DNA from: an uncultured Gammaproteobacteria bacterium
Lineage (GTDB): Bacteria; Patescibacteriota; Microgenomatia; UBA8517
Assembly (NCBI GenBank): GCA_964396785.1
Contig: CAYNFU010000003.1
Location: 1-51,070, forward strand
Direction: 5' to 3'
Length of the DNA: 51,070 bases
The translations under genes and the position numbers were made by a program. Shown in pieces: positions 40,756 to 49,664 of the stretch. Position 1 is the first letter of the stretch. The number at the start of each line of letters is the position of its first letter. The notes under the pieces are model-generated. The model did not search any database. It worked only from the letters and a program-made list of their open reading frames with translations, and had not been told where the DNA came from.

Positions 40756-42764
40756 AACTTCTCTTTCGAGGACAGCATCTTTATATCTCGTTGGAAGGAT
40801 TTTATATTTTTGCTTGCTATCGTCAAGACGTATAAAGAAAAGTCTCTTCCATCTACACTCTTTGTAATTATTTCCTCTGAGCCATATTTTTTATATTTGC
40901 TAAATATCTCAATGACCGCTTCGCTCTTATCGGACACCTCCCATATCATCTTCAAATCTTTGTCCGAACTAACGTAATTAAGAATCGCTTTAAAATTATC
41001 CTCAAAAATTTCTTTTGGTGTTTTTAGAAGCTGTATACCCTGATTACAAAAAGAGAGAATCTTCTTATCGTCAAAGTCTTGTAAGAATAAGTGGGCAATA
41101 GCATAAGAACTATATGGACAAAATAGTGTGTCATATTGAGGCCTCGCCGAATCCATTTCCCTTCTAAATTCATCCTGTTTTATCTCATCCTTAATTGTTG
41201 TAATCCCGAGAACTCCCTTGGAGCTCTCTACTTCCTTTTTACGGATAGTACCAGCGACTATATCCTGTACTAAGCGTGAGATAGCGACGTCTTTATGAGG
41301 AAGTAGATATAAATAGTTCGGATTTTTTGAAATATTCCAGAGATAACTAATAGAAGGTATTAACCCCAAACCCGCCGCAGCCAAACCTATTACTAGATAA
41401 AGCTTTGAGGCAATTCTTTTTGAACTAAAAATATGATTTAGGCTAAAAGCCATGGCAATGACCCAGATGGGAACAGAAAGAAGCACCCTAAAATCGTAAG
41501 AGCCGGAAACCAATGCGCCAAGTGTGGGAATGATCGACAAGAATACTATCTCAAATCTTTTTTTTAACAGGGCAATGAATAAACCTGGAATAAGTAGTAA
41601 ATAATAGCCAAGCGGAATGATTGGAAAATCAGGTAAAAATTGTCTTTGAAATGTGTGTTTTGCGAAAAAAAGCTCAATTAGTCCATCGACGTAAGGCCTT
41701 ATCGCCCCAACTCCCCCGTTTAAAAAAAGTGAAAAAAACTCTCGTAAAAGCCCCTGCTCTCTAAGAACATATGCTTGGTAATTAAAGATTATATAAATGA
41801 GAAGCGGCGTCGCCGAAATAATAAAACCGGTAATCCATACAAGAGTAAAAGCGAGACCTTCTTTCAAACTTTCCTTTCGCTTTCTAAAAATTAAATAGGC
41901 CAAAAAAGATAAAGCTAGGCCCAGAATATACTGTTTCCCCATAATCGCACTACTTAAGCAAAGTGCGGCAAATAGCGCCGAAGTGGCTACTCTAAAAAGA
42001 GATTTATTGGAGAGTGCCGTATAAAGAAAATACAAAGAAACAACCATTAGGGGAGCGGCAATTGCATACCTATGGCCCATAAATATATGCATATAGTGAA
42101 GCGGGAAGAAATTGATGATTAAGGCAGACAAAAGCGTTACCCTCGTATCGTTGAAAATCCTATGAATGATAAATGTCGTAAAAAATACCGTTACAAAACC
42201 CAAAATAAGAAGTGAGAAATTAAAGACGGGAAGATTGTATCCGAATACTTTAAAAAGGCCTGAGATGTAATAATGAAAAACTACTTCGCGGCTTATTAAT
42301 CCCACCGAGTCAAAGAAGGCCGGTTGGAAGGGAGCCCCACTAAATACCTGATTTTTTGCAAAATAGATATCCCATGCAGCATCGTCAAAAAGTCCATTTT
42401 GGTTCCATGGGGCGGAAGATATATTCCACAGATGGGTTGTGAAATAAAGGAGAGTGACAAAGAGTCCAATAAATAGATCCCGCCTCTTTATTTTCCCCAA
42501 TATTTTCTTGATTGAGAAATTACGAGGTGCGAAAGAGTAAGAAAAAATTACAACAGCAATTACCCAGCTAATCCAGGACAGATTATTTCCAGGGAAAAGG
42601 ATCATGTAGTGTAAGGAGGAAGAGACTACTGAAAGGAGTAAAAAAACAATTGAGATCGGCAGTGCTTTTTTGTGGGTAATTTTAACCTTTAAATAGTTCG
42701 CTAGCTGCCTGAAATACATGATCATAATCTCAATTGGCTGCTTTAAGTCCCCATTGTATAGCAC
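40752..42764 (-). CDS. Polytopic membrane protein, GT-C-fold glycosyltransferase-like (GT39/GT83-type)
   Basis: More than 10 TM helices, an acidic first periplasmic loop NGLFDDAAWDIYFA (a DD/DE-type GT-C motif), and a C-terminal soluble domain. The start is uncertain: GTG at 42764, or ATG at 42725 or 42719. Confidence 0.55.
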   Translation of the reverse strand: MLYNGDLKQPIEIMIMYFRQLANYLKVKITHKKALPISIVFLLLSVVSSSLHYMILFPGNNLSWISWVIAVVIFSYSFAPRNFSIKKILGKIKRRDLFIGLFVTLLYFTTHLWNISSAPWNQNGLFDDAAWDIYFAKNQVFSGAPFQPAFFDSVGLISREVVFHYYISGLFKVFGYNLPVFNFSLLILGFVTVFFTTFIIHRIFNDTRVTLLSALIINFFPLHYMHIFMGHRYAIAAPLMVVSLYFLYTALSNKSLFRVATSALFAALCLSSAIMGKQYILGLALSFLAYLIFRKRKESLKEGLAFTLVWITGFIISATPLLIYIIFNYQAYVLREQGLLREFFSLFLNGGVGAIRPYVDGLIELFFAKHTFQRQFLPDFPIIPLGYYLLLIPGLFIALLKKRFEIVFLSIIPTLGALVSGSYDFRVLLSVPIWVIAMAFSLNHIFSSKRIASKLYLVIGLAAAGLGLIPSISYLWNISKNPNYLYLLPHKDVAISRLVQDIVAGTIRKKEVESSKGVLGITTIKDEIKQDEFRREMDSARPQYDTLFCPYSSYAIAHLFLQDFDDKKILSFCNQGIQLLKTPKEIFEDNFKAILNYVSSDKDLKMIWEVSDKSEAVIEIFSKYKKYGSEEIITKSVDGRDFSLYVLTIASKNIKSFQRDIKMLSSKEKL

Positions 42765-42814
42765 TTGGCAATTTGCAACTATAATGAAAATAGCGAATAA
42801 TATTTCGCTTTGAT

Positions 42815-44845
42815 ATGCTAGCAGACATTCCTAGTATTTTTTACTGGTGGGTCATATTATTTTCTTTAGGACTATTTAGTTTTCCATTAACTTGGAGTCT
42901 CTTACGCAAATTTTTTGATTCTGGATACGGATTATCAAAAATCTTTGGAATAATAGTTCCTTCCTATTTAGTATTTCTCTTTTCAACTCTTCATATTCTC
43001 CCTTTGAACCAGCTTTTTATTTTTGGGATTTTCGCTATCTACATCATTCTAAACTTTATTATTTATGCGAAAAATAATACCGAAATCAAAGAGATATTTA
43101 GAAAAAAACTAAAGATTTTTCTTTTAGAAGAATTTCTTTTCATCGCAGGTCTTTTTGCTTGGAGTTATGTTCGAGCCCACCAACCTGATATTAGAGGGCT
43201 TGAAAAATTTATGGACTTTGGGTTTATTAACTCGATACTAAGAAGTGAATTCCTGCCACCCGCCGATATGTGGGCCGCAGGAAAAACTATTAACTACTAT
43301 TGGTTCGGGCATTTAATGACCGCGGTACTCACCAAACTCTCAGGAATTCCAGGGGCAATTACTTATAACCTCATGTTGGGAACTATTCTCGGGCTTACAC
43401 TTTCTTCCGCCTTTAGTATTGCCTCGTCCCTTTTGGCTAGTTCTTTCGGTAGTCAAAGGGTAAGGATAGTTATCGTCGGAGGAGTTTTATCTGCCCTTCT
43501 TTTGGGCCTAGGTGGAAATTTCCATGCTCCATATTATGTCCTAAAAAACGGGCACGAAAAATATTGGTATCCGGATGCAACCCGCTTTATCGGCTATAAC
43601 CCAGACACAAACGACAAAACAATTCATGAGTTCCCCAGTTACTCATTTATCGTATCTGACCTTCACGGGCACCTTTTGGATTTACCAGTGGTTCTAACAT
43701 TTCTTGCCCTTTTGACAAGTTTTATAGTGTTCTCAAAAGAAAAGGGAGAGAAATTATTAATCACATTGGGGTTGGGGATGCTTCTAGGAATAATGTTTAT
43801 GACCAATACTTGGGACTTTGGAATTTACCTTCTTGTAGCTGGGGTCACTATCGCAATTCATAACCTCGTCAAAAAGAAACTTTCTTGGGATTTTCTTTTC
43901 GAAACTTCAAAGAGGCTTCTTACCCTTTTAGTGGCCGGGTTATTTATCGCCATGCCATTTATCATTAATTTCTCCTCAATTGCCCAAGGAGTTGCTTTCG
44001 TAAATGCAAGAACCCCCATCTGGCAGCTTACAGTTCTCTGGGGATTCCCGATAGTTCTCACTATCTTTTTTATTTTTAAACTTGTAATTACAAGAAAAAT
44101 TGATTTATCTAAAATTTTTGTATTTTCACTACTTATCGCCGCCTGGATTTTGATATTCTTGCCTGAGTTTATTTTTGTAAAAGACATCTACATCGGATCT
44201 CACCATCGGGCAAATACAATGTTCAAGCTTACCTATCAAGGTTTTGTAATTTTCTACCTCGCCTCGGGTTATATTATCGTCTCAATCCTTTTGTCTATAA
44301 AGAAGTTCCTCTTAAAATTTTTAGCCGTTTTGGCTTCATCGATTGTTATCGCATCTATTCTTATTTATCCCTACTTCGGAATTAAATCCTTCTATGGGGA
44401 ACTTAAAAACTATAAAGGTCTAGATGGTGAGGCTTGGCTTGAAAGAGATTACCCAGGTCTATATTCAGCCATTTTATTCTTTAGGGAAAATACTTTTGGC
44501 CAACCGATAATTTTGGAGGCCGCGGGAGATAGCTATACGGACTTTAATGTTATATCGGCTTATTCCGGGCTTCCGACAGTTTCGGGTTGGTTCGTCCACG
44601 AATGGCTCTGGCGAGGTACTCCAGAATTCCCCCAGGCAAGAGCCAATGATGTAAGTCAAATTTACTTAACACAAAACCTCGAGGAGGCAAAAAATCTCCT
44701 ATCAAAATATAATGTTTCATATGTGGTTGTCGGAACTTTTGAAAGACAAAAATATCCTACGCTCAACGAGGAAAAATTTGAAAAAATTGGGAGGATGGTA
44801 TTTTCAAATTCGGGAGTAAATATCTACCAACTCAGTTACAATTAA
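42815..44845 (+). CDS. DUF2298 / Chlor_Arch_YYY-type polytopic membrane protein (putative GT-C glycosyltransferase)
   Basis: 676 aa, many TM helices. GKTINYYWFGHLM matches the YYY-motif region of this family. Has a C-terminal soluble domain. Confidence 0.6.
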   Translation: MLADIPSIFYWWVILFSLGLFSFPLTWSLLRKFFDSGYGLSKIFGIIVPSYLVFLFSTLHILPLNQLFIFGIFAIYIILNFIIYAKNNTEIKEIFRKKLKIFLLEEFLFIAGLFAWSYVRAHQPDIRGLEKFMDFGFINSILRSEFLPPADMWAAGKTINYYWFGHLMTAVLTKLSGIPGAITYNLMLGTILGLTLSSAFSIASSLLASSFGSQRVRIVIVGGVLSALLLGLGGNFHAPYYVLKNGHEKYWYPDATRFIGYNPDTNDKTIHEFPSYSFIVSDLHGHLLDLPVVLTFLALLTSFIVFSKEKGEKLLITLGLGMLLGIMFMTNTWDFGIYLLVAGVTIAIHNLVKKKLSWDFLFETSKRLLTLLVAGLFIAMPFIINFSSIAQGVAFVNARTPIWQLTVLWGFPIVLTIFFIFKLVITRKIDLSKIFVFSLLIAAWILIFLPEFIFVKDIYIGSHHRANTMFKLTYQGFVIFYLASGYIIVSILLSIKKFLLKFLAVLASSIVIASILIYPYFGIKSFYGELKNYKGLDGEAWLERDYPGLYSAILFFRENTFGQPIILEAAGDSYTDFNVISAYSGLPTVSGWFVHEWLWRGTPEFPQARANDVSQIYLTQNLEEAKNLLSKYNVSYVVVGTFERQKYPTLNEEKFEKIGRMVFSNSGVNIYQLSYN

Positions 44846-45938
44846 TCCCGGTAACTATGCAGTCAAACCAATTATGAATGTCCTCCCAGTCTCCGCTTTT
44901 GGGAATAAAGACATAAAGATTGTCATACCTTGGCGTTTCTGGAGGGTTTACCAAAAGCTCTTCCGGTAAAACGAAGGATTTCAAATTATCTTTTGATGAA
45001 AGTAGCCTTCTTGCTAAAATAGCAGAAGCTGAATCGGTAAGGTCAGTTTCTGTCGAAGTTCTTATTATTTTCCACAATTTTAAAAGTGTCTTTGGAGAAA
45101 GTAGGATTTTTCCTGAAAGAACTTTTTGGGAAGTTGCTAAAATTATCTTCTGTTGACGACGCGACCTGGCAAAATCTGTTCCTTCGTCTCCTTCCGCATT
45201 TCTCGAACGGGCAAATTTTAGGGAAGTCTCTCCATCCATAATCTGAAGTCCTTTTTCAAAATGAATAGTTTCATATCGACAAGCAAATTCAGGGTCTCCT
45301 CCACACTCGTCATTTTCTTTACCGACGATTGGGTATTTGTCGTCGCTAAAAGCTCTTTCAACTTCGACTTCGACTCCGCCCAAAGTATCAATAACTTCTT
45401 TAAAGGAAGAAAAATCGACAACAACTGCATATTGGATAGTCTCTCCGCTAATTTGTTCTATGGTAGACTTGGCCAAAATTATTCCACCCCCGCTTTGCTT
45501 TTGATTCCCCCAATAATAGACGCTATTTAGTTTGGTTCTAAGCTCAGGGATCCAAATATCCCTGGGAAGAGAAACTAGTTTTACCTCTGGGTCTTCCTTG
45601 GAAATAGATGCGAAGATTATGGTGTCGGTTAAGTCTGGAGCTTCGTGTCCTTCGCCACCTTTTCCTAAAATCAAAACGTTTGTTCGTCCATCCAAAATTT
45701 CAATCTTGTCCCTAGGTGTAAAAATAAAATCTCCACTAAGCTTCACAAATGAGCCAAAGGGAGTTTTCCCCAAGACAAACCCTACAAATAAAACTGCTAG
45801 ATAAAGACCCAATATGGAAAGCCCCAATATTCCACCTCTTACCGCCCAAGTGTATTTCAAAATTCTCCTTTTGATTCTTGAAATAACCACATTGGTTTTG
45901 TTTGGGGGCTTGGGTTGGGGAACGACCGGGTCTTCCAT
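44832..45938 (-). CDS. LytR-CpsA-Psr (LCP) family cell-wall glycopolymer ligase
   Basis: Cytoplasmic N-terminus, a TM helix, then NVLILGKGGEGHEAPDLTDTIIFASI, LVSLPRDIWIP, and FARSRNAEGDEGTDFARSRRQQ blocks typical of LCP. Confidence 0.88.
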   Translation of the reverse strand: MEDPVVPQPKPPNKTNVVISRIKRRILKYTWAVRGGILGLSILGLYLAVLFVGFVLGKTPFGSFVKLSGDFIFTPRDKIEILDGRTNVLILGKGGEGHEAPDLTDTIIFASISKEDPEVKLVSLPRDIWIPELRTKLNSVYYWGNQKQSGGGIILAKSTIEQISGETIQYAVVVDFSSFKEVIDTLGGVEVEVERAFSDDKYPIVGKENDECGGDPEFACRYETIHFEKGLQIMDGETSLKFARSRNAEGDEGTDFARSRRQQKIILATSQKVLSGKILLSPKTLLKLWKIIRTSTETDLTDSASAILARRLLSSKDNLKSFVLPEELLVNPPETPRYDNLYVFIPKSGDWEDIHNWFDCIVTGINCN

Positions 45939-45974
45939 GCTAGAATTATGCTCGTAAGGACTATTGTATTTTAC

Positions 45975-47828
45975 ATGCCAAAAGGAAACAAGCTACTTAC
46001 CGGACTAAATAAAGAACAAGAAAAAGCCGTAACTTACTGCCACGGGCCTCTTTTGGTTTTAGCTGGAGCAGGAAGCGGAAAGACCAAAGTTTTGACCCAC
46101 AGGGTAGCCTATTTTCTCTATAAAAAATTTGTTCTACCAGAGCAAGTTCTACTTCTTACTTTCACAAATAAAGCGGCGGGGGAGATGAAAGAAAGGGTAG
46201 CGGCATTAACCGGGACGACCCCACCTTTTTCAGGAACCTTTCATTCCTTCTGTGCCAAGGTGTTAAGAATCGACGGAAAACATATTGGAATTGCCCCCAA
46301 TTTTCTAATTTATGACGGGGAAGACCAAAAGGATGCAATAAAGCAAATACTTAAGGAATTTAATATGTCGCTTGACTCATTCAGTCCCGCGGGAATCTTG
46401 GGGGAGATATCAGACGCCAAAAATCAAATGACATCAGTTAGGGGTTATAGTGAATTTGCCAAGGGTGATTGGCAAGAGGCAGTCTTTAAAGTTTGGGTCA
46501 AGTATGACGCTCTCCTAAAAGAAATGGGGGCGCTTGACTTTGACGACCTTCTAATAAAATGCGTTGAGCTTTTCGGTAAGGTCCCCGAAATTCTTGATAA
46601 ATGGCAGAAAAAACTAACACACGTCTTTGTGGATGAATGGCAGGACACAAACAAAATCCAGTATGCCCTTACAAAATTACTTGTTGGAAAAAGAAAAAAT
46701 ATAACTGCCGTTGGGGACGCTTCCCAATCAATATATTCCTGGCGTGGGGCTGACTTTCGAAATATCAATTATCTCATCCGTGACTTCCCCGATATAAAAA
46801 TCATAAACCTTGAGCAAAATTATCGCTCGACTCAAAACATTTTAGCCGCCGCAAACTCGGTAATCTCCAAAAATACCAGTCACCCAATCTTGAAGCTTTG
46901 GACGCAAAAAGGCGCTGGTGAAAAAATCAGGCTCTATTCTGCTAGAAACGGTTTGGATGAGGCAAGTTTTGTGGTAAATGAAATAATAGAATTAACAGGA
47001 AGCGGTTCTAACTTTTCCGACGTAGCAGTTTTATATAGAACCAATGCCCAGTCAAGAGTTTTGGAGGAGGCTCTTCTTCACTCTGGAATTCCTTACGTCT
47101 TAGTTGGAGGAGTCAGGTTCTACGGAAGGCGTGAAATTAAAGACGTTTTGTCATACCTCAGGCTTTTGGTTAACCCCAAAGACTCAGTATCTAAAAGAAG
47201 AATTGAGAAGTTGGGGGTAAGGCGTATTGAGAAATTCAACAGCCTAAAGGAGGATCTAAAAGATCTCGAAGGGACTACCACCCTCGATTTATTAGATGCG
47301 GTTTTAGAAAAAACGGGGTATCTCGAGCTTTACCAAAAAGAATCAGAAGAAAATTTAGCGCGTCTTGAAAACATCAAAGAACTTCGATCTGTCGCAACCG
47401 AATTTCCCAATATCAATGAATTTCTTGAAAACGTTGCTCTTGTCGAAGCAGAAGAATCAGTTAGTAAAAGAGAACTCGGTAAAAGCTCCAAAAAAGATGC
47501 CGTTACTTTAATGACATTACACGGAGCAAAAGGTCTTGAGTTTCCAGTTGTATTTATTGTTGGAATGGAAGAAGGGCTTTTCCCTCATTCCCGTTCTCTT
47601 TGGGACACGGGTCAGTTGGAAGAAGAAAGACGCCTCGCCTATGTTGGGATAACCAGGGCTAAAAATCTTTTGTATCTCTCCTATGCCACCCGCCGACTTT
47701 ATTTCGGAGAAAAACTCTCAAACCCTCCCTCAAGGTTTATAATTGACATTCCAGAGAGTCTCTTACGGGGGGTTGGGGGAGATAGCTTAGTAAAAAGTTT
47801 CGGAGAATTTGACGATATTAATTTTTAA
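45975..47828 (+). CDS. pcrA: ATP-dependent DNA helicase, UvrD/PcrA family
   Basis: LNKEQEKAV...GPLLVLAGAGSGKT, FVDEWQDTN, VGDASQSIYSWRGA, YRS, TLHGAKGLEF and YVGITRA motifs. The start is set at MPKGNK, matching the canonical N-terminus. Confidence 0.92.
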   Translation: MPKGNKLLTGLNKEQEKAVTYCHGPLLVLAGAGSGKTKVLTHRVAYFLYKKFVLPEQVLLLTFTNKAAGEMKERVAALTGTTPPFSGTFHSFCAKVLRIDGKHIGIAPNFLIYDGEDQKDAIKQILKEFNMSLDSFSPAGILGEISDAKNQMTSVRGYSEFAKGDWQEAVFKVWVKYDALLKEMGALDFDDLLIKCVELFGKVPEILDKWQKKLTHVFVDEWQDTNKIQYALTKLLVGKRKNITAVGDASQSIYSWRGADFRNINYLIRDFPDIKIINLEQNYRSTQNILAAANSVISKNTSHPILKLWTQKGAGEKIRLYSARNGLDEASFVVNEIIELTGSGSNFSDVAVLYRTNAQSRVLEEALLHSGIPYVLVGGVRFYGRREIKDVLSYLRLLVNPKDSVSKRRIEKLGVRRIEKFNSLKEDLKDLEGTTTLDLLDAVLEKTGYLELYQKESEENLARLENIKELRSVATEFPNINEFLENVALVEAEESVSKRELGKSSKKDAVTLMTLHGAKGLEFPVVFIVGMEEGLFPHSRSLWDTGQLEEERRLAYVGITRAKNLLYLSYATRRLYFGEKLSNPPSRFIIDIPESLLRGVGGDSLVKSFGEFDDINF

Positions 47829-47832
47829 AGAT

Positions 47833-48798
47833 ATGGATAAAAACTCTTTCAACAAAGCATCTTGCCACCCATTACAAACTTGGGAATGGGGAGAGTTTAG
47901 AAAAGCATGGGGAAACAAAGTTATAAGATTACCTTTCGGACAACTCACCCTCCACAGCCTTCCGCTTCTTCCTTATAAGATAGCCGCATTTGAAAAGGGG
48001 CCAGCTCCTACAAAAAATATGCTTAACGAATTAAAAAAACTCGCAAAAGAGGAGAATTTGATATTTATTAAACTCGAGCCCTCCGTTAGCGAAAACCTAG
48101 AAAAATTAAAGAATCTTCTTAGTGAGTACGGTGCTACAAAAGGAAAGACTCTTTTTACACCGACGACTTTTTGGATAGACCTGACAAAGTCCGAAGAGGA
48201 ACTTTTAAAAAGTTTTCATTCAAAAACCCGCTACAACATCCGACTCGCTCAGAAGAATGGAGTCGAAGTAGTTGAGGATAACTCTGAAGCCGCCTTTAAA
48301 AAATATCTCGAATTAACCAAGGAAACGGTTAAGCGTCAGGGATTTTACGCCCACAACAGGCGTTACCATGAGCTTATGTGGGAACACCTCCACCGAAAAC
48401 CTGTTTCCGAGGGAAAAGAACCGATAGCAAGACTTTTGACCGCTCGTTATAAAAGCCAAATAATTACCGCCTGGATAGTATTTGTCTGGAAAGACTTTCT
48501 TTATTACCCATATGGTGCTTCAACCGAAAAGCATAAAAATATCATGGCCAATAATTTAATGATGTGGGAGGCAATACGTTTTGGGAAATCCTTGGGACTT
48601 AAGACTTTTGACCTTTGGGGACGCGAAGAAGGAAAAGGATTTACAAAGTTTAAGGAAGGCTACGGTCCCCAAGTTGTAGAGTTTTTAGGAACTTGGGATT
48701 TGCCTACCAGTCCTTTTTATTGGCCGTATAGGATTCTGGAATCTCTGCGCTGGATATTACTTCGGGCCAAAAGTAAATTTTCTAAGCCTTCATTTTGA
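47833..48798 (+). CDS. FemAB-family peptidoglycan peptide-bridge aminoacyltransferase
   Basis: PLQTWEWGEFR, KTRYNIRLAQKNGVEV, LLTARY...ITAWIVFVW, YYPYGAS, and FDLWG blocks are typical of FemX/FemAB (tRNA-dependent transferases). The start is set at ATG 47833, after the pcrA stop. Confidence 0.8.
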   Translation: MDKNSFNKASCHPLQTWEWGEFRKAWGNKVIRLPFGQLTLHSLPLLPYKIAAFEKGPAPTKNMLNELKKLAKEENLIFIKLEPSVSENLEKLKNLLSEYGATKGKTLFTPTTFWIDLTKSEEELLKSFHSKTRYNIRLAQKNGVEVVEDNSEAAFKKYLELTKETVKRQGFYAHNRRYHELMWEHLHRKPVSEGKEPIARLLTARYKSQIITAWIVFVWKDFLYYPYGASTEKHKNIMANNLMMWEAIRFGKSLGLKTFDLWGREEGKGFTKFKEGYGPQVVEFLGTWDLPTSPFYWPYRILESLRWILLRAKSKFSKPSF

Positions 48799-49664
48799 TG
48801 GTCGATATTAGACAAACCAGTGAGTATGCAAGGTATCTTTCAAAAATCGGGTGGGAAGTTGAAAGAATCGCGGGGGTTAACTATTTCATAAAAAAAATTC
48901 CCCTGATTGGTTCTGTATTAAAAGTCCAAAGACCGGAAGAAATCCGAATTAATAAAATTAATGATTTGGCAAAAAAATATCGAGCCTTTCAAATCATCGT
49001 TGAACCGAAGAAAGAACTCGATGCAAAATTTTTAACGTCGGACGGGTTTAAATTAAGTAAGTCCCCATACCTTCCCACAAAAACGTTATTTTTGGACCTT
49101 GGCAAAAGCGAGAAAGCTCTTCTTGCAGGATTCAAAAAGGATGCGAGGGCGGCAATAATCCACCATGAAGAAGTTGTAAAAAGTGAGGCTAAAAGGGTGA
49201 TTAATAGTGGTAAAAACTTAGAAAGTACTATAGGACCCTTCCGGGATGCATGGAAGAATTCTGTGGGGCTAAAAAGGTACATCCCTCCCCTATCTCATTT
49301 ACTTGTCCTAAAAGGGTCCTTTAAAGATAACTCTCTTTTTATTACGACTGCTGAAAAAAATGCCGGGGCCATTTTTTTGATAGGAGAGGGAGTCGCCTAC
49401 TACTGGCAGGCATTCACAAATAAGGAAGGAAGGCGCAGCTTAGCGCAATATAAAATTGTCTGGGAGGGAATAAAATGGGCGAAGGGCCGTGGGGCAAAAG
49501 TTTTTGATTTTGAGGGAATTTATGACGAGCGTTTTGCCAATAAATCTTGGCTTGGGTTCACCCACTTCAAAAAATCTTTTGGGGGTTACGAAGTAACTTA
49601 TCCTGGATGCTTCACAAAGGTAATGTTACCTATTCGACTACTTCCCAACCCTACAAAAAAGTGA
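48795..49664 (+). CDS. Second, more divergent FemAB-like acyl/aminoacyl-transferase
   Basis: IRQTSEYARYL...GW, YYWQAFT, FDFEGI and FTHFKKSFGG parallel the FemAB blocks. ATGA overlap with the upstream paralogue. Confidence 0.6.
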   Translation: MMVDIRQTSEYARYLSKIGWEVERIAGVNYFIKKIPLIGSVLKVQRPEEIRINKINDLAKKYRAFQIIVEPKKELDAKFLTSDGFKLSKSPYLPTKTLFLDLGKSEKALLAGFKKDARAAIIHHEEVVKSEAKRVINSGKNLESTIGPFRDAWKNSVGLKRYIPPLSHLLVLKGSFKDNSLFITTAEKNAGAIFLIGEGVAYYWQAFTNKEGRRSLAQYKIVWEGIKWAKGRGAKVFDFEGIYDERFANKSWLGFTHFKKSFGGYEVTYPGCFTKVMLPIRLLPNPTKK

